NCBI RefSeq assembly: GCF_008831285.2 | Contig: NC_045138.2 | Location: forward strand, 20,522,001-20,586,000 | DNA from: Nymphaea colorata | Taxonomy: Eukaryota | Reading direction: 5' to 3' | DNA length: 64,000 nt | In this document: piece by piece, positions 37,640-51,959 of the stretch | How positions within the stretch are numbered: the first letter of the stretch is position 1 | Layout: every line of letters begins with the position of its first letter | Made by a program: the position numbers and the translations under genes | The notes under the pieces: generated by a model | Told to the model about the DNA's origin: nothing | The model's database searches: none | The model's input: the letters and a program-made list of their open reading frames with translations, nothing else

Positions 37640-39349
37640 TCAGTTTAATATTTTGATCATATGAACACCTTCTGCTTATTGTTTTTCTTTTAAATATCTA
37701 TCTGTTATATATATATATATATATAAAAGAGAGAGAGAGAGTGTGTGTGTGTTTGAAAGGGTACCACTTTGAATAAAAGGCACGAAGGCAAGAGCTGGTC
37801 AGAGCACGTGTACTCACATGGCGCGCACGTTAGCATTGAAATGCAAGTGCGTGGTACGAACGTGGAGGACAGACATATATAATAGAGCAAGAACGTCCGT
37901 CCCTCCTCCTTCCACCGACCTCACAACGCGCCAGGTGGTGGGGGTAGGTCTCGCGAATCTTTTCTCTTCTCTGCACCGCCTTTCTCTTTATAATCGATCG
38001 ATTGGCTTCTTGGAAGGACACTGGCAACTCACTTTCCCTTCCCACTCTTCTTCCCACAGTCTTATCATTTTACCCAATGAACAATGAAATGACATACAAC
38101 CGCGTAAATGATGTCGATTAGCGCGCATGATTAGTACGTCCGTTTGTAAGTTACAGATACGTGTTCGAGTTTTTTAAAATAATTCACCAACACATTCTTC
38201 AGTGAAAAGATAAGCGCTTTTAAGAAATTCACTAATCACATTCTTAAATTCAATTTTATCAACGTTTCAAATTCCTCACACATTTTCACTCTCTTGCTTT
38301 TGTCTTGGTGGTCATTATGGCTGGTGTGTGAAAAATTATGCCTCAGCAATGTAAATTGCATGTCAAGTTAGAACTTTGACCCAAAATAAATCAAATAAGG
38401 ACTTGGTACAACCTTTGAGACAAAGTTTGGTAGGCAGTCAGTTTTTTTTTTTTTCCTAAAGTTCGGGACTTGAACTCCCTTATACTGCAAAAATGAGGAT
38501 ACTGCATTCGGAGGCCAAAAGCAAACCTTATATCCTATAGAGACAAGTGGTTGGGTTGTGAGTTTCGGTTCTCCTCTGAGCAGCAGTAGGATGAAATACT
38601 TCTCATGCTTATCTGGAAGGACTTCCTTAACATATAGAAAGGTAATTGAAAATTTTCTAATCATGGATAACTAGAACATTGATACGACAAATATGAAACC
38701 TCTAAGTGCCAAGTTCTGAAACAAAGCAGAATTAATAGTCGGACTTTCGAGCGTATACAAAATTTCAGGGGTAGAGCCAAAAGTTTTTTGGTATGGGGCA
38801 TTAGTAATGAAATTTAAAATTTTTGAGAACCATCATTATGTAAATGAGAAAAATTACCTTGAGGTATGAATATGGTAATACACAATTTTTTATGTGTTTG
38901 TGTGGGCAATTGCCCACACTTGCTTATCAAGAAACAAATAAATCATGAAAATCTGACCTTTTTTTGGGGGTCGGATTTCATGATCTAAACAGTTTAAAAC
39001 TGTTAAACATGATACTTATAAAGTGTAGTCTATGCATTGGATCATTTTCATAATTAATTTTCTTGAACATATAGATAATTTGGACGTTCCGCATTCATCT
39101 GTACATGTGTAAAATTTGCAAGAATTAGCCAACCGAATTAGACTTTTAAGCGGTACCTGTATGTAAATTCAAAAACCAGCTATGAAATTTCAATAGAAAA
39201 ATAACAAATTTTTTTTTTGTGGACATGCGTGGGCAAGTGCCCACACCTCCCTTTGCCCCTAGACTATATTAATGTGCATGTGTGTGCGGGGACAGCGCTT
39301 ATTATCAATTGGCATATGAAGAAAGCATACCATGTTAATTATGTCATCA

Positions 39350-41550
39350 ATGACATGTTGTGGGTGTCAAAGTCATAAAGCTTTGAACTTCAAAAGCCTT
39401 GAAGATTCCAACCTCCTAGCCAAGTGGATGGAGCTATTTTAACATGATTTCTTGCTGATAGTGTTGTACATTTCTTATATGAGGAAACATGATTCTAATA
39501 ATTAGCTGTCTGTGGGTCTTGAAAGCACATGCTGCTCTATGCAACAATTTGGGTTTTTGCAACCAACTAGCTAGCCTGTACTGGGTGCATGTATAAGACA
39601 GGTCAGGAACATCAATCAGCCATTTTGCTGGAAATTCCATGGCAAGGTGTTCAACTTGCTTGTCCTTCAAGATCTATGCCAGCTTAAGATTTCACATTAT
39701 AATTCCAACCTAAGATTTGCTCTTTCGGATCTCCTGACTGCAGATTTTGTGGGTGACCTACAAGAGTTTCAATATCCAGGGTGTCATGCTTTGCATAAAT
39801 TAGACAAGAGTATTGGCTCCAGGGCGGAGCCAAGGTGGGGCCCGGAAAGGTCTTGGCCGCATCTCAAAAAACAAATTATATGTAAATTTTAAAAAATTTC
39901 ATTTGTTCTATGTAAAAATTTTGAAAAATGATATTTCGGCCCATATCAAAATTTAGAAACTTTAATTCAGGCCCCCTCATTAAAATTTTCTGGCTCTGAT
40001 GCCTAAAAGAGGCTGAAGTCCCTCCCACTTTTCTCAGCTCTCGAGATCCAAGATTGTTTCGAGATCTGGGTGAAGAGCGGTACCCCATCAACCATTTTTT
40101 CAGTAGCTTTATAGGGGCCAAACTAACATTTTCAAAAAAATTACTTTGGGACTAATTTATTTTTCATGGGGCCAGAAGGTCCTTGGCCCCCGCCCCCCTT
40201 GCATGGCGTAATGAGTTTTTTTAATATATAATTTTAGTGGCTGGGATTTGTTTATATATTTAACATTAAATTCCATTTAAGCAGCTTTCTAGAAATAGAA
40301 ATTCTGTAGTGGTTGGGGTGGAAGTTGTCATCAACCAACAAGTTTTTAATACGTGGGGTCGCGGACAGTGTGAACCATCAACTACTTTGGGATGAATTGT
40401 GTATTGTCTAGTCTTATAATTTAGGTCCCTATTGGACTCAGCAAGTTATCGCTTTGTCACAAGAATCTCAATATTATCGAATCCAAGAGGCTATCACGAT
40501 CCCAACTCGTAACCCACCGCCCAGAAAAGAGGTTGAAGGGCTCCCCATTCCAGTGCCTTTAGGGTCTTGGCCTGCATCAGTGTCGAGAGTTGTTTCTTTG
40601 TTATTAAAGAAAAAAATCCAAGCTACCATCAATTTAATTCACCGTCTCATAAGGTGTCAAGTCATTATAATGATATCAGAGCATAGTTCAACGCTCGGAC
40701 TTGAGGTCCCACACGGTAAATACATGTGCCTTAAAGAAATATGTAGATTATAACACCTAACATTGAAACTCTAGGTCAAAAGGATTTAACTAAAAAGAAT
40801 TTTCAACAGCGCCTAATCAATTACTCATGACATAAACTTGTTTTTGAAACCATGCAAGTGTGCACGCAAGCACACACATGCATGTACTCTCTCTTAGACG
40901 TCAAATAATTTTGATTACTCCGAGCACTTGGAAGGGCATGCATTTCAACGAAAGAAGTAAGATATGAGATAATTGATCTCGTTTTCATTGGCATTCATGG
41001 AACACGCATCAACTTGTGCACTTTAAGAGTGAGGATGAGGAGTATCTCATTCTATCGTCAGGCTGAACGCCAAAGCCTCCACCCTCTTCCCCGCCCCTCT
41101 TTGCCAGGGTACTAGGCATGCTTTTGGTATCCTGGATTCTACATCCACTATGATTCAACATGCATATAAGTGTCTCCTCTTTTGTAGCACATGGAGTTGT
41201 CATTAGGAATGCTCGAAACAAAGACTGACCGTCGGCCGTCTGTTGCGCAACACTTTTGGAATCAAATTGCGTGGCAGTAAGCTGTAAAGCAAAAGAGGAA
41301 GACGATGTCAATAGAAACACTGATTTTCGTTAAAATAATGGAATAATACGAGAAATCCAAGGCCTTAAAATATAAAAGTAAAAATTGCAACAACAATTTT
41401 AAAAAGTTCAAGACGGCCTGGTTCTCATAATTAATGTCATGTACTATGCATGCTATAGATACATGGGTCAGATCTAGTATGGGCATTTTCCCAATTATGG
41501 CTTTTGTGGAGTCCAATCCCAACCATACTATGATCAGATGTCACCAATAT
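39350..41550 (-). mobile_element. Decayed LINE ORF2 reverse-transcriptase remnant, copy B, interrupted by MITEs
   Basis: Minus-strand GLDSTKA (cf. KLDxxKAYD), KRGDT (cf. RQGDPL), L*QSDNLLSPIG (cf. LxxWKxxxLSxxGR), QFIPK*LM and LQNFYF, KWLID...SWL...FP. Confidence 0.65.
39819..40004. mobile_element. CAGGGGCGGAGCC-type MITE inserted in the LINE remnant
   Basis: CCAGGGCGGAGCC ... TGGCTCTG with the family core; absent from the homologous position in copy A. Confidence 0.7.
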
Positions 41551-42184
41551 CTGATGTATGAAATAATTTTGTGTATTTTGTTAAACATTTCCTGAACTTA
41601 GGGTGCTTACATAGAGCATTTTTTTAATGCCTCAAGTGAAAACACAATTGAGGCCATGTCGGCAAGAACCCATGTGCTGCGCATTTTGAATTCAGGGAAT
41701 GCAGCAAAACTTGATCCAAATTGAATCAGGTTGGATGTTCAGAGTTTGTCCCATGACAAAAGTAGGAGCATCCAAGCTATAAAGCACCAAAAATGTACCC
41801 ACTTGGCCCAGAGCATAGAGATGCCAACCGGCCTAGATCCGCACTAGGATTTGTCTTTGAATAGATCAGCTGAATGTATCCATGGATAACCAGACCAGAT
41901 ACAAGCTGGATACAAGAATCCTGCATCTACATACAGCTAACAGTGGCGGAGCCATATATTGGGACCTAGAGCTTAGAGACGCCAACCAGCCGAGATCCGC
42001 ACTAGGGTTTCGATTTGTCTTTGTATAGATAAACTAAATGTATACACCGAGAATCGGACCAGATTCAAGTAGGATACAAGCATTCAATGTGTACATACAG
42101 TTGGCAGTCACAGAGTCACATATTGGCTGGTGTGGCAGTTGCGTGCACTAGTCCTACAATATTTTGTTTATCTTTATATATGTG

Positions 42185-42367
42185 CAAGGAGGGAGCCATA
42201 AATTTTTCATGAGGGGGACATAATTAAAGTTTCTAAATTTTGACTAGCGGTGAAAGATCAATTTTTAAAATTTTTATATAAAGCAAGTGAAATTTTCACG
42301 TATAATTAAAAAAAAAAATTGAGGTGGGACCAAGGCCCATGTGAGCCCTACCCTGGCTCCACCTCTA
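42185..42367. mobile_element. CAGGGGCGGAGCC-type MITE
   Basis: CAAGGAGGGAGCC ... GGCTCCACCTCTA with the family core. Confidence 0.7.
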
Positions 42368-42760
42368 TATATATGCCTTCAAATATTTGCTTATTTGTAT
42401 ACACTGATGCCCCATTAAAGGATGAAATTTAAAGACATTTTGGTAAAAAGAATGTTATGTTCAAGTGTATGCCTTCAAATATTTGCTTATTTGTGTTCAC
42501 TGGTGCCCATTAAAATAATGGGCGCGTTGGCTCGATTTCATTTCCCGGATATCAGACATAATTCATTCACTTTGTCATAGAAAGCATCCGTTTTTCTAAT
42601 ATTCTTGTCCCAAGAAGGCAAGCTTACAAGACATTTTGATAAAAAGAATATTACGTTCTTGAAATATATGAACGCCATGATCTTGTTTCATAAAATATGG
42701 TGTGACCGCCATTCGTCGGCAGCCGACTGCCTCAATAAGATAAGTGCGGAGATCATAAAC

Positions 42761-42947
42761 CAGAGCCGGGGGGGGGCACCTAGGCCATGGCTCCATCCTG
42801 GCCAATGAAAAAAAAAAATTTCATTAAAAAAAATAAAATTTTTTAATTGAGTCATGTATTTTTTGGATTTGAATTTAATTTGGCCCTACTCAGATACTGA
42901 GGTTGGACTATCAGACTGCCATGAAAAAAATCTTGGCTTTGCCCCTG
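42761..42947. mobile_element. CAGGGGCGGAGCC-type MITE
   Basis: Ends GGCTTTGCCCCTG; related to the 36398 and 45253 subfamily. Confidence 0.6.
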
Positions 42948-44613
42948 ACCAGAACTGATTATATGCACATGTTGGTGCACAATTTTTTGCGCACCCAACG
43001 ACCAAAAATGCTTCTCGTTAATAGAAAAAGAGAACTTTTTATATGAGCAAAAAGAGAAAACCAAAAAAAGTAAAAAATTTAAAAGGACATTTCTTTTTAA
43101 ATAATTTTTAAACCACCCTTATTTTCTTTGGCGTATATGTTTGGCATAAATCCAGCGGTGCACGCAACTCAGTCTCATAATCAACTTTTTTTTTCATGTA
43201 AAGCTTGCGAAAGTTGCAGACACTAGGAACAATTTGTACATGCATTCCATTAAATGTGGTCAGTAGGCACCAAACCTTGTCCGGCCCCTCCACGATAGAC
43301 TCAAGTCTTTGCTTTAGGTGTTTGCATTGACAATGATAAATTGAACATGGGAACTGTTCATGATGTTACCGGTGCCAAATCAGTTAAGAGGTTAATTATA
43401 ATGTTTTAAATGTTTAAGCAAAACAAAAATAATTAAAAAGTAAATTAACCTCAATTTGCAGCCGACATATAACTGGTTTTGATGCTGTTGCTTTCTTTTC
43501 TTTTCTTTTTTTTTTTTTAACTTTTTATTTTTGGCCTTTCTTTGACTGTTTTTTGTCCTATATTAGTCGAACTGACTAGACTGATTCTGTTCCGATGAGT
43601 CCGTCGAGTCACTAGTGTACGAGGGTGGCGAAAAAATAAATATCTACTAGAATACGTTGGAATGGGAGAAATCTTATCCATGCATGAGATAATGTTTGAT
43701 AGACTCAAATCTTGATATGAAATCTGCCCTACCCAAGATTTACCTTCAAAACAAACAGGGGATTTGTAGCGTGGATCTCATATTCTTGCTATAAGGCTGT
43801 TCGGCAATGAGAATGGCAACATTGTATAAAGTTGCAGTGCATCAGGAATCTATATCAATATTTAGGGTAGATTCATGAAACAATGAAACAGTTTATTACG
43901 GTTTTTACATTTCATTCCACAACCAACTTACGAGGCAGAGGATCCCCTATCCTTTTATTAAATAAAAGAAAATAAATTACAAAAATAGTTGCTGCACAAA
44001 AACCACTATACATAAAACCATAGTAGTTAAAAATGGCGAAGCTACATATAGGCTGGTGTGGGTAGTTGCCTACACCCGTTTAATATTTACTTTGTTATAC
44101 ATGCAAGTGCAACTCAGTGGTCCTCCAAAAAATTTTTTTGATTCCGCCACTGATAATCAAAGAAGACACTTCAAGGTTGGGTCAATATCTAGAACCTTCA
44201 AACAATTTGTAAACACAATAAACACTAGTCTCAAGATCAGAGCTAGAAAATTTTAGAGCTAGAAAATTTTAGAGCTAGAAAATTTTAGCTTAAGGGTACA
44301 AGTTACGTACTTTTACATTTTAGTGAACACCTGTATGTAAATAAGAAAAATCATCCAGAAGTTTCGATATGGAAATAAGCACTTTTTGTAGATCTGTATA
44401 GGCATTTGCCCACACTATGTCCACACCTGCCTCCACCCCTAATTAGTCCCCTTCCTTCTACCCCAAACCCACAACCATGGTAGCCATCTTTTGAGGTTGG
44501 AAGCCAGCAAAATCTGAGGTTGGCAGCCAGCAAAATCTGACCCATATCGCTAAAGAGATTATCCAATCCAGCAATCCGGTGTCCAGTAGGGCCAAACATT
44601 AGTTAGCATGTGC

Positions 44614-44801
44614 TCTCCGCATAGTCTACTGTTCTTATTGCCAAACGACCCATACATTTATCTCCGCATAGTCTACTGTTCTTATTGCCAAACGACCCAT
44701 ACATTTATCTCCGCATAGTCTACTGTTCTTATTGCCAAACGACCCATACATTTATCTCTGCATAGTCTACTGTTCTTATTGCCAAACGACCCATACATTT
44801 A
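44614..44801 (+). repeat. Tandem repeat, 4 x 47 bp
   Basis: Unit TCTCCGCATAGTCTACTGTTCTTATTGCCAAACGACCCATACATTTA; one substitution in unit 4; no spacers. Confidence 0.95.
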
Positions 44802-45252
44802 ATAAAAAAAAACTATGACTCCGAGCAAAACACATTTGATAGCTACCAACACTGGTTAACCTATGAGTTGCTTAGTAGCTATCTTTTCATATCAACAACT
44901 TGCTTCCTTTCTTCTTTGGTTCTAATGGCAACGTAACCAGAATAGAATAAGGCCGCAAAGTTCAACAAGATAAAGGGCAGTCCCCAGCCCAACTTATCAT
45001 CATCTAAGGCGAACCTTTTGTCCCTTTCTAATTCGTGGCACATCTTTCATATTGTTATTATCAATATTTTTTCAAGAACACTCGGAGAGTTCGAGTCAAA
45101 CATGAAAAATAATATATAATTTCCATTTTGAGAAAAATGCTTTCATTTGTTTAAAATAAAAAGAAAAAAGAAAAAAAAAACTTTCCCAATTGTGACGGAT
45201 GCAAACGGTGGGTAAAAGAAAAAGGAAGACTAGCAACGACAGTCTCCACAAG

Positions 45253-45449
45253 CAGGAGCGGAGCCAGGATTTTTTCTATGGTCGGGCTAAGATGATTTGT
45301 GGGTCGGGCCAGGGTCGGGCCAAGAGGAGCGACCGGTCGGGCTAAGTTAAAAAAATTTGATTTTTTCAATGTAAAAAAGTTTTTTTTTCCTAGGCTCACC
45401 CAGACCATGGCCCGAACGGCCCCCCCCACCCCTCCTCCTTCCGCCCCTG
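45253..45449. mobile_element. CAGGGGCGGAGCC-type MITE
   Basis: CAGGAGCGGAGCC ... TTCCGCCCCTG. Confidence 0.75.
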
Positions 45450-45488
45450 TCACTCCAACAAATGGCGCTACCATTCCCTCCAGAGTTA

Positions 45489-45558
<70 letters not shown>

Positions 45559-46082
45559 AGAAAGATGGATAGGAGAATGAGTAGGTCTAGTTGACATTTT
45601 TGACCGGATAAAGCAGTCGCATTCGTCACTCATTTTTATGTAAAATCAGTTGTGTGGTTGTGAATTTTAGACAGTAGTTGCATAGATGGCTTTTGTTTTT
45701 AACACAAAAATATGAGATAGAATGAATCAGCCGACTGGTCGTAGTCACTTCCAGAAAGTGGGAGCGCCGGATATCCAAGAAGACATAGATTTGGTGCAGA
45801 TGAACCCTTTTTTCTGTGTGACGTTGTTAAGATAGGGAATATGATGCCCTAAATATGATATCGACGTAATCTTAGAACCAATCTTCGTACCAGGCGGCAG
45901 AAGATCCCCCACCTTCTTGTTCATTTTCCCAATTTCCCTCCATTGTATCTTATTCTTCCCCCACTCCCACTTATTCCCACTCACTGCATTTGCATTACTG
46001 ACGCCTTTATGCATCTTTAACAATAATTATGGTGCTTTTAGTAAACTTTTTTTAAATCCAACAATTGGCAGCATTGAGTTCC

Positions 46083-46140
<58 letters not shown>

Positions 46141-46526
46141 AAATAGTTAGGTTAAGGATTAAAACTAGACCCATTGATTTTTTTGTTCAAAAAATATTTT
46201 AAATACAATATAAACATCTTAATATATTTATAAAGCTATAAAACATACTTTGATTATTGTTGTTTTAATGAAAAAATGACGATTTTTTTTTTTTATTATC
46301 ATGTCATGGGAGCTGTTCATTTTTTCTTATTATAAAACCAAGTGATCAAACCTAGTGTACGTTTTGCATCAACCCATTTTTAAGATCATATGAAGTATTG
46401 CAAAAACAACAAAAAACCTTTAAAAATCAAATTAAAAAGGTTTGATTTTTATCCCTAATCTAAGTGTCTGGAAGCTACCCTCTTTGAGCATCTTCATGGG
46501 GAATCATTCTCTCTTTTCTCTCTTTT

Positions 46527-46575
<49 letters not shown>

Positions 46576-47489
46576 TCCCGGGGAAGATGCTGAAGGAGGG
46601 AAGCTTCTAGGTCTGGCACCTCGTACGCACAGCAACAAGATTGGACCAACTGATGTGGATAAGGCAAAAACCGGGTCGAAGGTGGGCCCGATCTGATCCA
46701 CGTTCACTCGTTCCCCCGTGTTTGACCATATCCGGAGGGCTTAGGCAGCTTAACCCCACAAACGAACATGCCTTGATGCTTATCATCATCATCGTCTCCC
46801 CCACCATCATCTTCCTCACGATCACCGTGTTTGCTGCCGACTTGAGATGCTTGACCCCACCGCACCTCCGTTTCCATTCCATGATTTTAACGTGATTTTT
46901 ACACTTAAAAACGAGTAAAATATTCTCTAGACCAAACATTCGACCCATCTCACTTGTGAAAAATATGGAACTCAGATCTCACCAAAAAGATTCGAACATG
47001 TTGTCACTCTTCGTTTTCTACTAGACCTTCACTGTTATAAATCATGGCTTCCAAGTCTCCCCAGAAAGAACAATATAAAAAACGTGTGCCCATCAACTTC
47101 ACAGTTTTTTCAAGTTTTTTTTTATATTTTTTGTTGCTGTTTTTTCCTTAATTTTCCTGACTAAATCGTGGTTCTATAGTACATTAGGAGATATTTAGAA
47201 GAAACTAACCTCACCATTTATGTTTGCTTTGGAGCTTAGGTGGAGAATAGCAAATCCTTTAATTAGAATGTCGTACATCCACTATTTACAGTGAAGAGTA
47301 ACAGTAACCATGGAAATCCAACTGATGAGCGAATATTTACTCTACGGTGGGAACAAATATGGAAAAAATGAAGAGCAACTATGGGCAAGGTTTAAATGAT
47401 CCAGGACCAGCCTCGCAGCTCTAAGGTTTTCCTAGATACAATGATTGTGCTGTTTGAGTGCTATAGCTAGTGCATACACGTATTAGATG

Positions 47490-47679
47490 TTGTGGAGCCA
47501 GAAATTTTTCATGAGGGGCCGAATTAAAGTTTCTAAATTTTGATTAGGATTGAAATATCATTTTCTAAAATTTTTATATATAACAAGTGAAATTTTCTAA
47601 AATTTACATGTATTTTTCTTTTTAAATTTTTTGATGTGGGACTAGGGCTCATGCGGGTCCTACCTTGGCTCTGCTCCTA
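47490..47679. mobile_element. CAGGGGCGGAGCC-type MITE
   Basis: GTGGAGCCAGAAATTTTTCATGAGGGG ... GGCTCTGCTCCTA; core closely matches the 20445 and 42185 copies. Confidence 0.7.
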
Positions 47680-50121
47680 CAATCACTGGTGGAGCCACAT
47701 AGGCAGTTGCCACACAGCTTTACCAACTTTGTAGAATTTATTTATTTTTCTATTCACACAATCAATTTCTTTTCTTTCTTCTTCATTAGAATATATATAT
47801 ATATTCTAATGAAAAAGAAAGGGTTAAAAGTAGGCTCCTTGGATCAGATCTGAAGTATATATACATATATTCGCTAATGAGAAGGAAAGTGTTAAAAGTA
47901 GGCCCCTTGGATCAGATCTGTAAGTAGGGCCCTTAAATTTGTGAGTTGCATGGAGTAGATGGGTAGGCATGTAATAGACCAAAATTGGGTCAATCATCCT
48001 TATTTACAATTAATTGCATTTTGACTATGTTTGGACATGGTCTTGCATATGGGTCCGGAAATACAAAAATGTAAGCTAAAAATCATATGCTAAGGTCATA
48101 CTTTATAATCGGTTCTCCAATATCAAATCCGTCTAATTACCACTTAGGCAAGATCAAAACAGAACTGAAGTTTTATCTCAAATGATATTTGATATTTTAA
48201 CAAACAATGACAAACACTAATCTCGAATTGAAAGGTGTAGCATAGGTCTACCCAAACCTCTAAGCAAAACAGAACCTTGAAGGGCATAAGGAGATAGTTC
48301 GGGCGGTTGCCTGTAAATAAACTCAAAAAATTAGATAACATTCATTGAAATTGGATCCATGGCCAACATCTGAGAGGAGTGATCGGTGTTCTTAGGCTCG
48401 GGCCCAATTCGATTCGATCCATGTCCTATTCAAGAGTGTCATGTGTCCACTTTCAACTATTCTAAAAATATATTACAAAATTTTATTTTTAATTATTTTG
48501 CACATTTTTTCATTATTTTACAGAATGACTTTTTTTTTTAAATATTTTTGCCCAATTCACAACCAGTCTTGATGAACAATGGTTCAAAAGTGTGACGATA
48601 GGCCCTCCGATTGAGTCCACAAATTCAAAACTATTATGAATTACTTAAGGTGAGCAGAATGTTAACAACACACTGCTTGCAAAAGTCGTGTTCGCAAAGT
48701 CGTGGGTGAGCTGGGACTTGAGTAGGTTACGGACTTACAGTATACTCATCAACTAGAGTATTGTGATTTCACTGTTTATGGTCCAGGACAGTAGTACCCA
48801 TCTGAATCACAAAGGCGACACCATTATAAGGTGTATTGACATCGAAACGGATAAAAAAAAATTTATATCCAAATAAACCAAATGCTGGTGGAATCATCTA
48901 TCTAGAAGAAGGACCAGCCTACCCCAGTCCAGTTCCGCCCGTTTAACGCTTCCCCAGTAACTCACTGTGGCCCAAAACCGTGTGGTACTAGTAAGTGGAA
49001 AGGAACATAGGCACATGAAACACCACCTTTGGATGGACGGATCCCCATGGACCTTCTAGATCTGGACAACTCTCTAGTTCATCATTCCGGTGGCTTTTGG
49101 ACCATCCTGTTCTCGGTTGAGTGTTCACGTGGGGCCATCCCTGATCCCTACGTCCGGACGTAATAGGGATGGTCTGATTGACGGTGGTGCCGACCTTTCC
49201 GGCTGACATGGTAAAAAGCAGTCTACCTAAAGGGGTCGGGCCGCCAATTGTGTTATGGCACTCACTTAAAAATACTCATATTTGGTAGGAAAGATAAATA
49301 TAAAGTAAACTCATTTTAAGAGACTTGTGTGGGCAACTGCCCACACCAATCACCACGTAGCTCCGCCATTGATGCAAAATTTTGGTCAGGATGTACTAAT
49401 TATTTAAGTTTAAAACTTTTAAGGTGCAGCTATACATAAATCTCAAGTGATAAGTCCTCTCCCTCTGACTTCTCTTTCAAGCCACACCTCTTTATCTCGC
49501 CGGTCCGTTTCGATACCCAGCCTTTAGCCGGCCGGTCTAGTTCGATGCCCAGCCTTTAACTGTGTGAGGACCTCAATAAAGGTTCCATGCATCATGTGTT
49601 CCTTCCTGTTTTTTTTTTTTTTTTTTTTTTTTCTAGATATAGTTTTTGGCTGTTCAACTGAGACAGCTGGTCATGAGCGATCCACCAATTAATGGCGTGA
49701 GGCCAAAGGTAGGTCGGTAAGCTGAAAAAGGATCCAGATCCAGATCATTCAGATCCAGATCCAGATCCGTCTAATCCCAGTTGAAAAAAACTCAAAAGAA
49801 ACGGCAGCCGTTACGATCGAAGAAAACTGCGTGGCTCTCTGGCTGGATCCAAATCTGGATTCACAAATCACATTACGATCCGGACCTTTACCCGGATCCA
49901 AATAGGACAGAAAGAAACGTGGCCGAAATCCGTGGCCCCAAATGTCGAGGGTTTTTGACGCGCACACCGCCTCTGTCACCAGAAGCATCGGTTCTTATCA
50001 CATGCATAAAACGTGCTTCCCCGAAGCACCAACGTCTGGCCGAAAGTAAAGCCAAGCACTCCCCCCACTCCCATTTTCTCCAATTAATTAATTAAAAAAA
50101 TAATTAAATTATTTTACCTGC

Positions 50122-50173
<52 letters not shown>

Positions 50174-51959
50174 TTTATTTTATATATATATATATATATA
50201 TATAAAAGCCCCCACTTTCATGTCGGCATATAATGCATTTTTATCTTACATTCCAAAAAAGTACACGAGAGTTATTTTAACTTTTGGATAAGAAAAAGGG
50301 GGCGGTCTATTCGGGACAAGAATATTTTTAACGAGAGCGGCAGAGATACCTCTTCTTCGGTATTTGCGTCTCCTCAGGGGCTCTAAAATGATTTGAGTTG
50401 AAAAAAGAATATATAAACTCTTTTCTTCTTTTTTTTCCTGAAGCCTCCTTTTCAACACCCATCTTTCGAACGCACTTTCTGTTGTTTTCTTGAGAAGCTC
50501 GCACTGCTTGAGAAATTAATTGTTCGTGTCTCATAAAATAAAATAAAATAGGAAAACGCCATATTGGAGGAGTTAAAGTTGGCGGCTAAATGTAAGGAGT
50601 CAAAAATTGCGGGTTTATGGAATTAGGTAATAGGTTAGGCGGTTTTGGGTAAATAAACACAGGGTGGTTGGCGAGCGAGTCCGCGCGCACAGGTTGGGCT
50701 GCCGAGAATATAAAGGGGCGTCGGACCACGCTTCCTTGCTCTCCAAGCTACCTTCTTCCTTCCCTATTAAATGATGCTAGTGGACGTACCGTTGGAGACC
50801 CCGCACACCAAATTCGGTTGGCTTCTCGATGGGTTTTTTTTTTTTTTATTTTTTTATAAAAAAAATAAAATAATTTTTTAATAAATTTAATAAAATAAAT
50901 TAATTAATTAGTTGAGTAAAAAAGATTTATAGCCGAACACAACACCTGTTGCATTAATACTTCAACTTGTATATATATCATTTTCGAGTGACGACTCTAA
51001 GATCAAGTTGATGGGTTTTGTTTTCGAAGATAGAATCGACATAAAAAGCCAACAAAATTTAAAAAACTTTGTGGTTGGGATAAGGCTTGATTAATATATT
51101 AAACGTTAATAAACTAGGTCTTTTATAATTTATTCAGGTTGACACGTGCATATTTTTGAGAAACACTGCATACGTGTGCCATGCAACGCAAAGATGATTC
51201 AAGCGAAGCAAGATCCAACGGATTTAGGGTTAGAAAAACTGTATGCTTAGACCATTGCCTTTTGACTTTCTTACATAGAATTGCATATTTGGTCATGATG
51301 TGAGTTTTCTTTTAGCTAAACCTTATTTAATTAATATGTAATATGTCGAGCAATTGTCACCCACTAATCAAGGAATAGTTGGTGAGCTCAGAAGCCGAGC
51401 CACATATGGGTTGGTGTGAGTACAGTTCTTTAATGTTTTTTTTATTTTAAATATATTTGTTTTATTTTAAATATATTTGTTTTATAATTATCTTTTTAAA
51501 TATAAAAATTACTTTGCCACTAAATGTGCCCTGTGTATTTTAAGGTCTATCAAAGGTCTAACAAGACCAATCTAATATGATTTGCACCTAAGTTTAAAAC
51601 CATATGCCAGTGCAAATCTGAATTCAAATTAAAGTTTCTAAATTTTAACAAAAATTTTAACAAGGACAAAAGTATTATTTTTTAAAATTTTTATAGCCAG
51701 TTTATATGTAAATTTTTTTATGTTTTTTTTTTTTATGTCTGCGGGCTTCTCTTGTCTCTACCCCTAAATACGATCATCAGATTGCCATAAAAGTTAATTT
51801 AAGCGACAAACAACAAACAAAGTCTTTCGACTTGGGTGCAGTTTTTTTTAGTTCAAAAAAATTTTAAAATAAAAAAAATTTTAAAATAAAAAAAATTTTA
51901 AAAGCTTGAGAAATTTAAAAAAATATAAAATGATTTAGGTGAAGGATGATTTAGTAGCT

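Noticed and set aside
44614..44801. Repeat array considered as CRISPR-like
   Set aside because: Contiguous identical units without spacers, no cas genes, eukaryotic context.
45464..45487. GGCGCTACCATTCCCTCCAGAGTT resembles a miR390 complementary site
   Set aside because: It needs a 4-nt insertion plus mismatches. No tasiARF sequence or hairpin was seen nearby, and it aligns with copy A GCCGCTACCGTCC (~22670), so chance similarity is likely.
45151..45633. Long ORFs containing YIYIYI or SLSLSL runs (also 19388, 22887, 37437, 62716)
   Set aside because: Artefacts of stop-free (TA)n/(CT)n microsatellites and MITE sequence.
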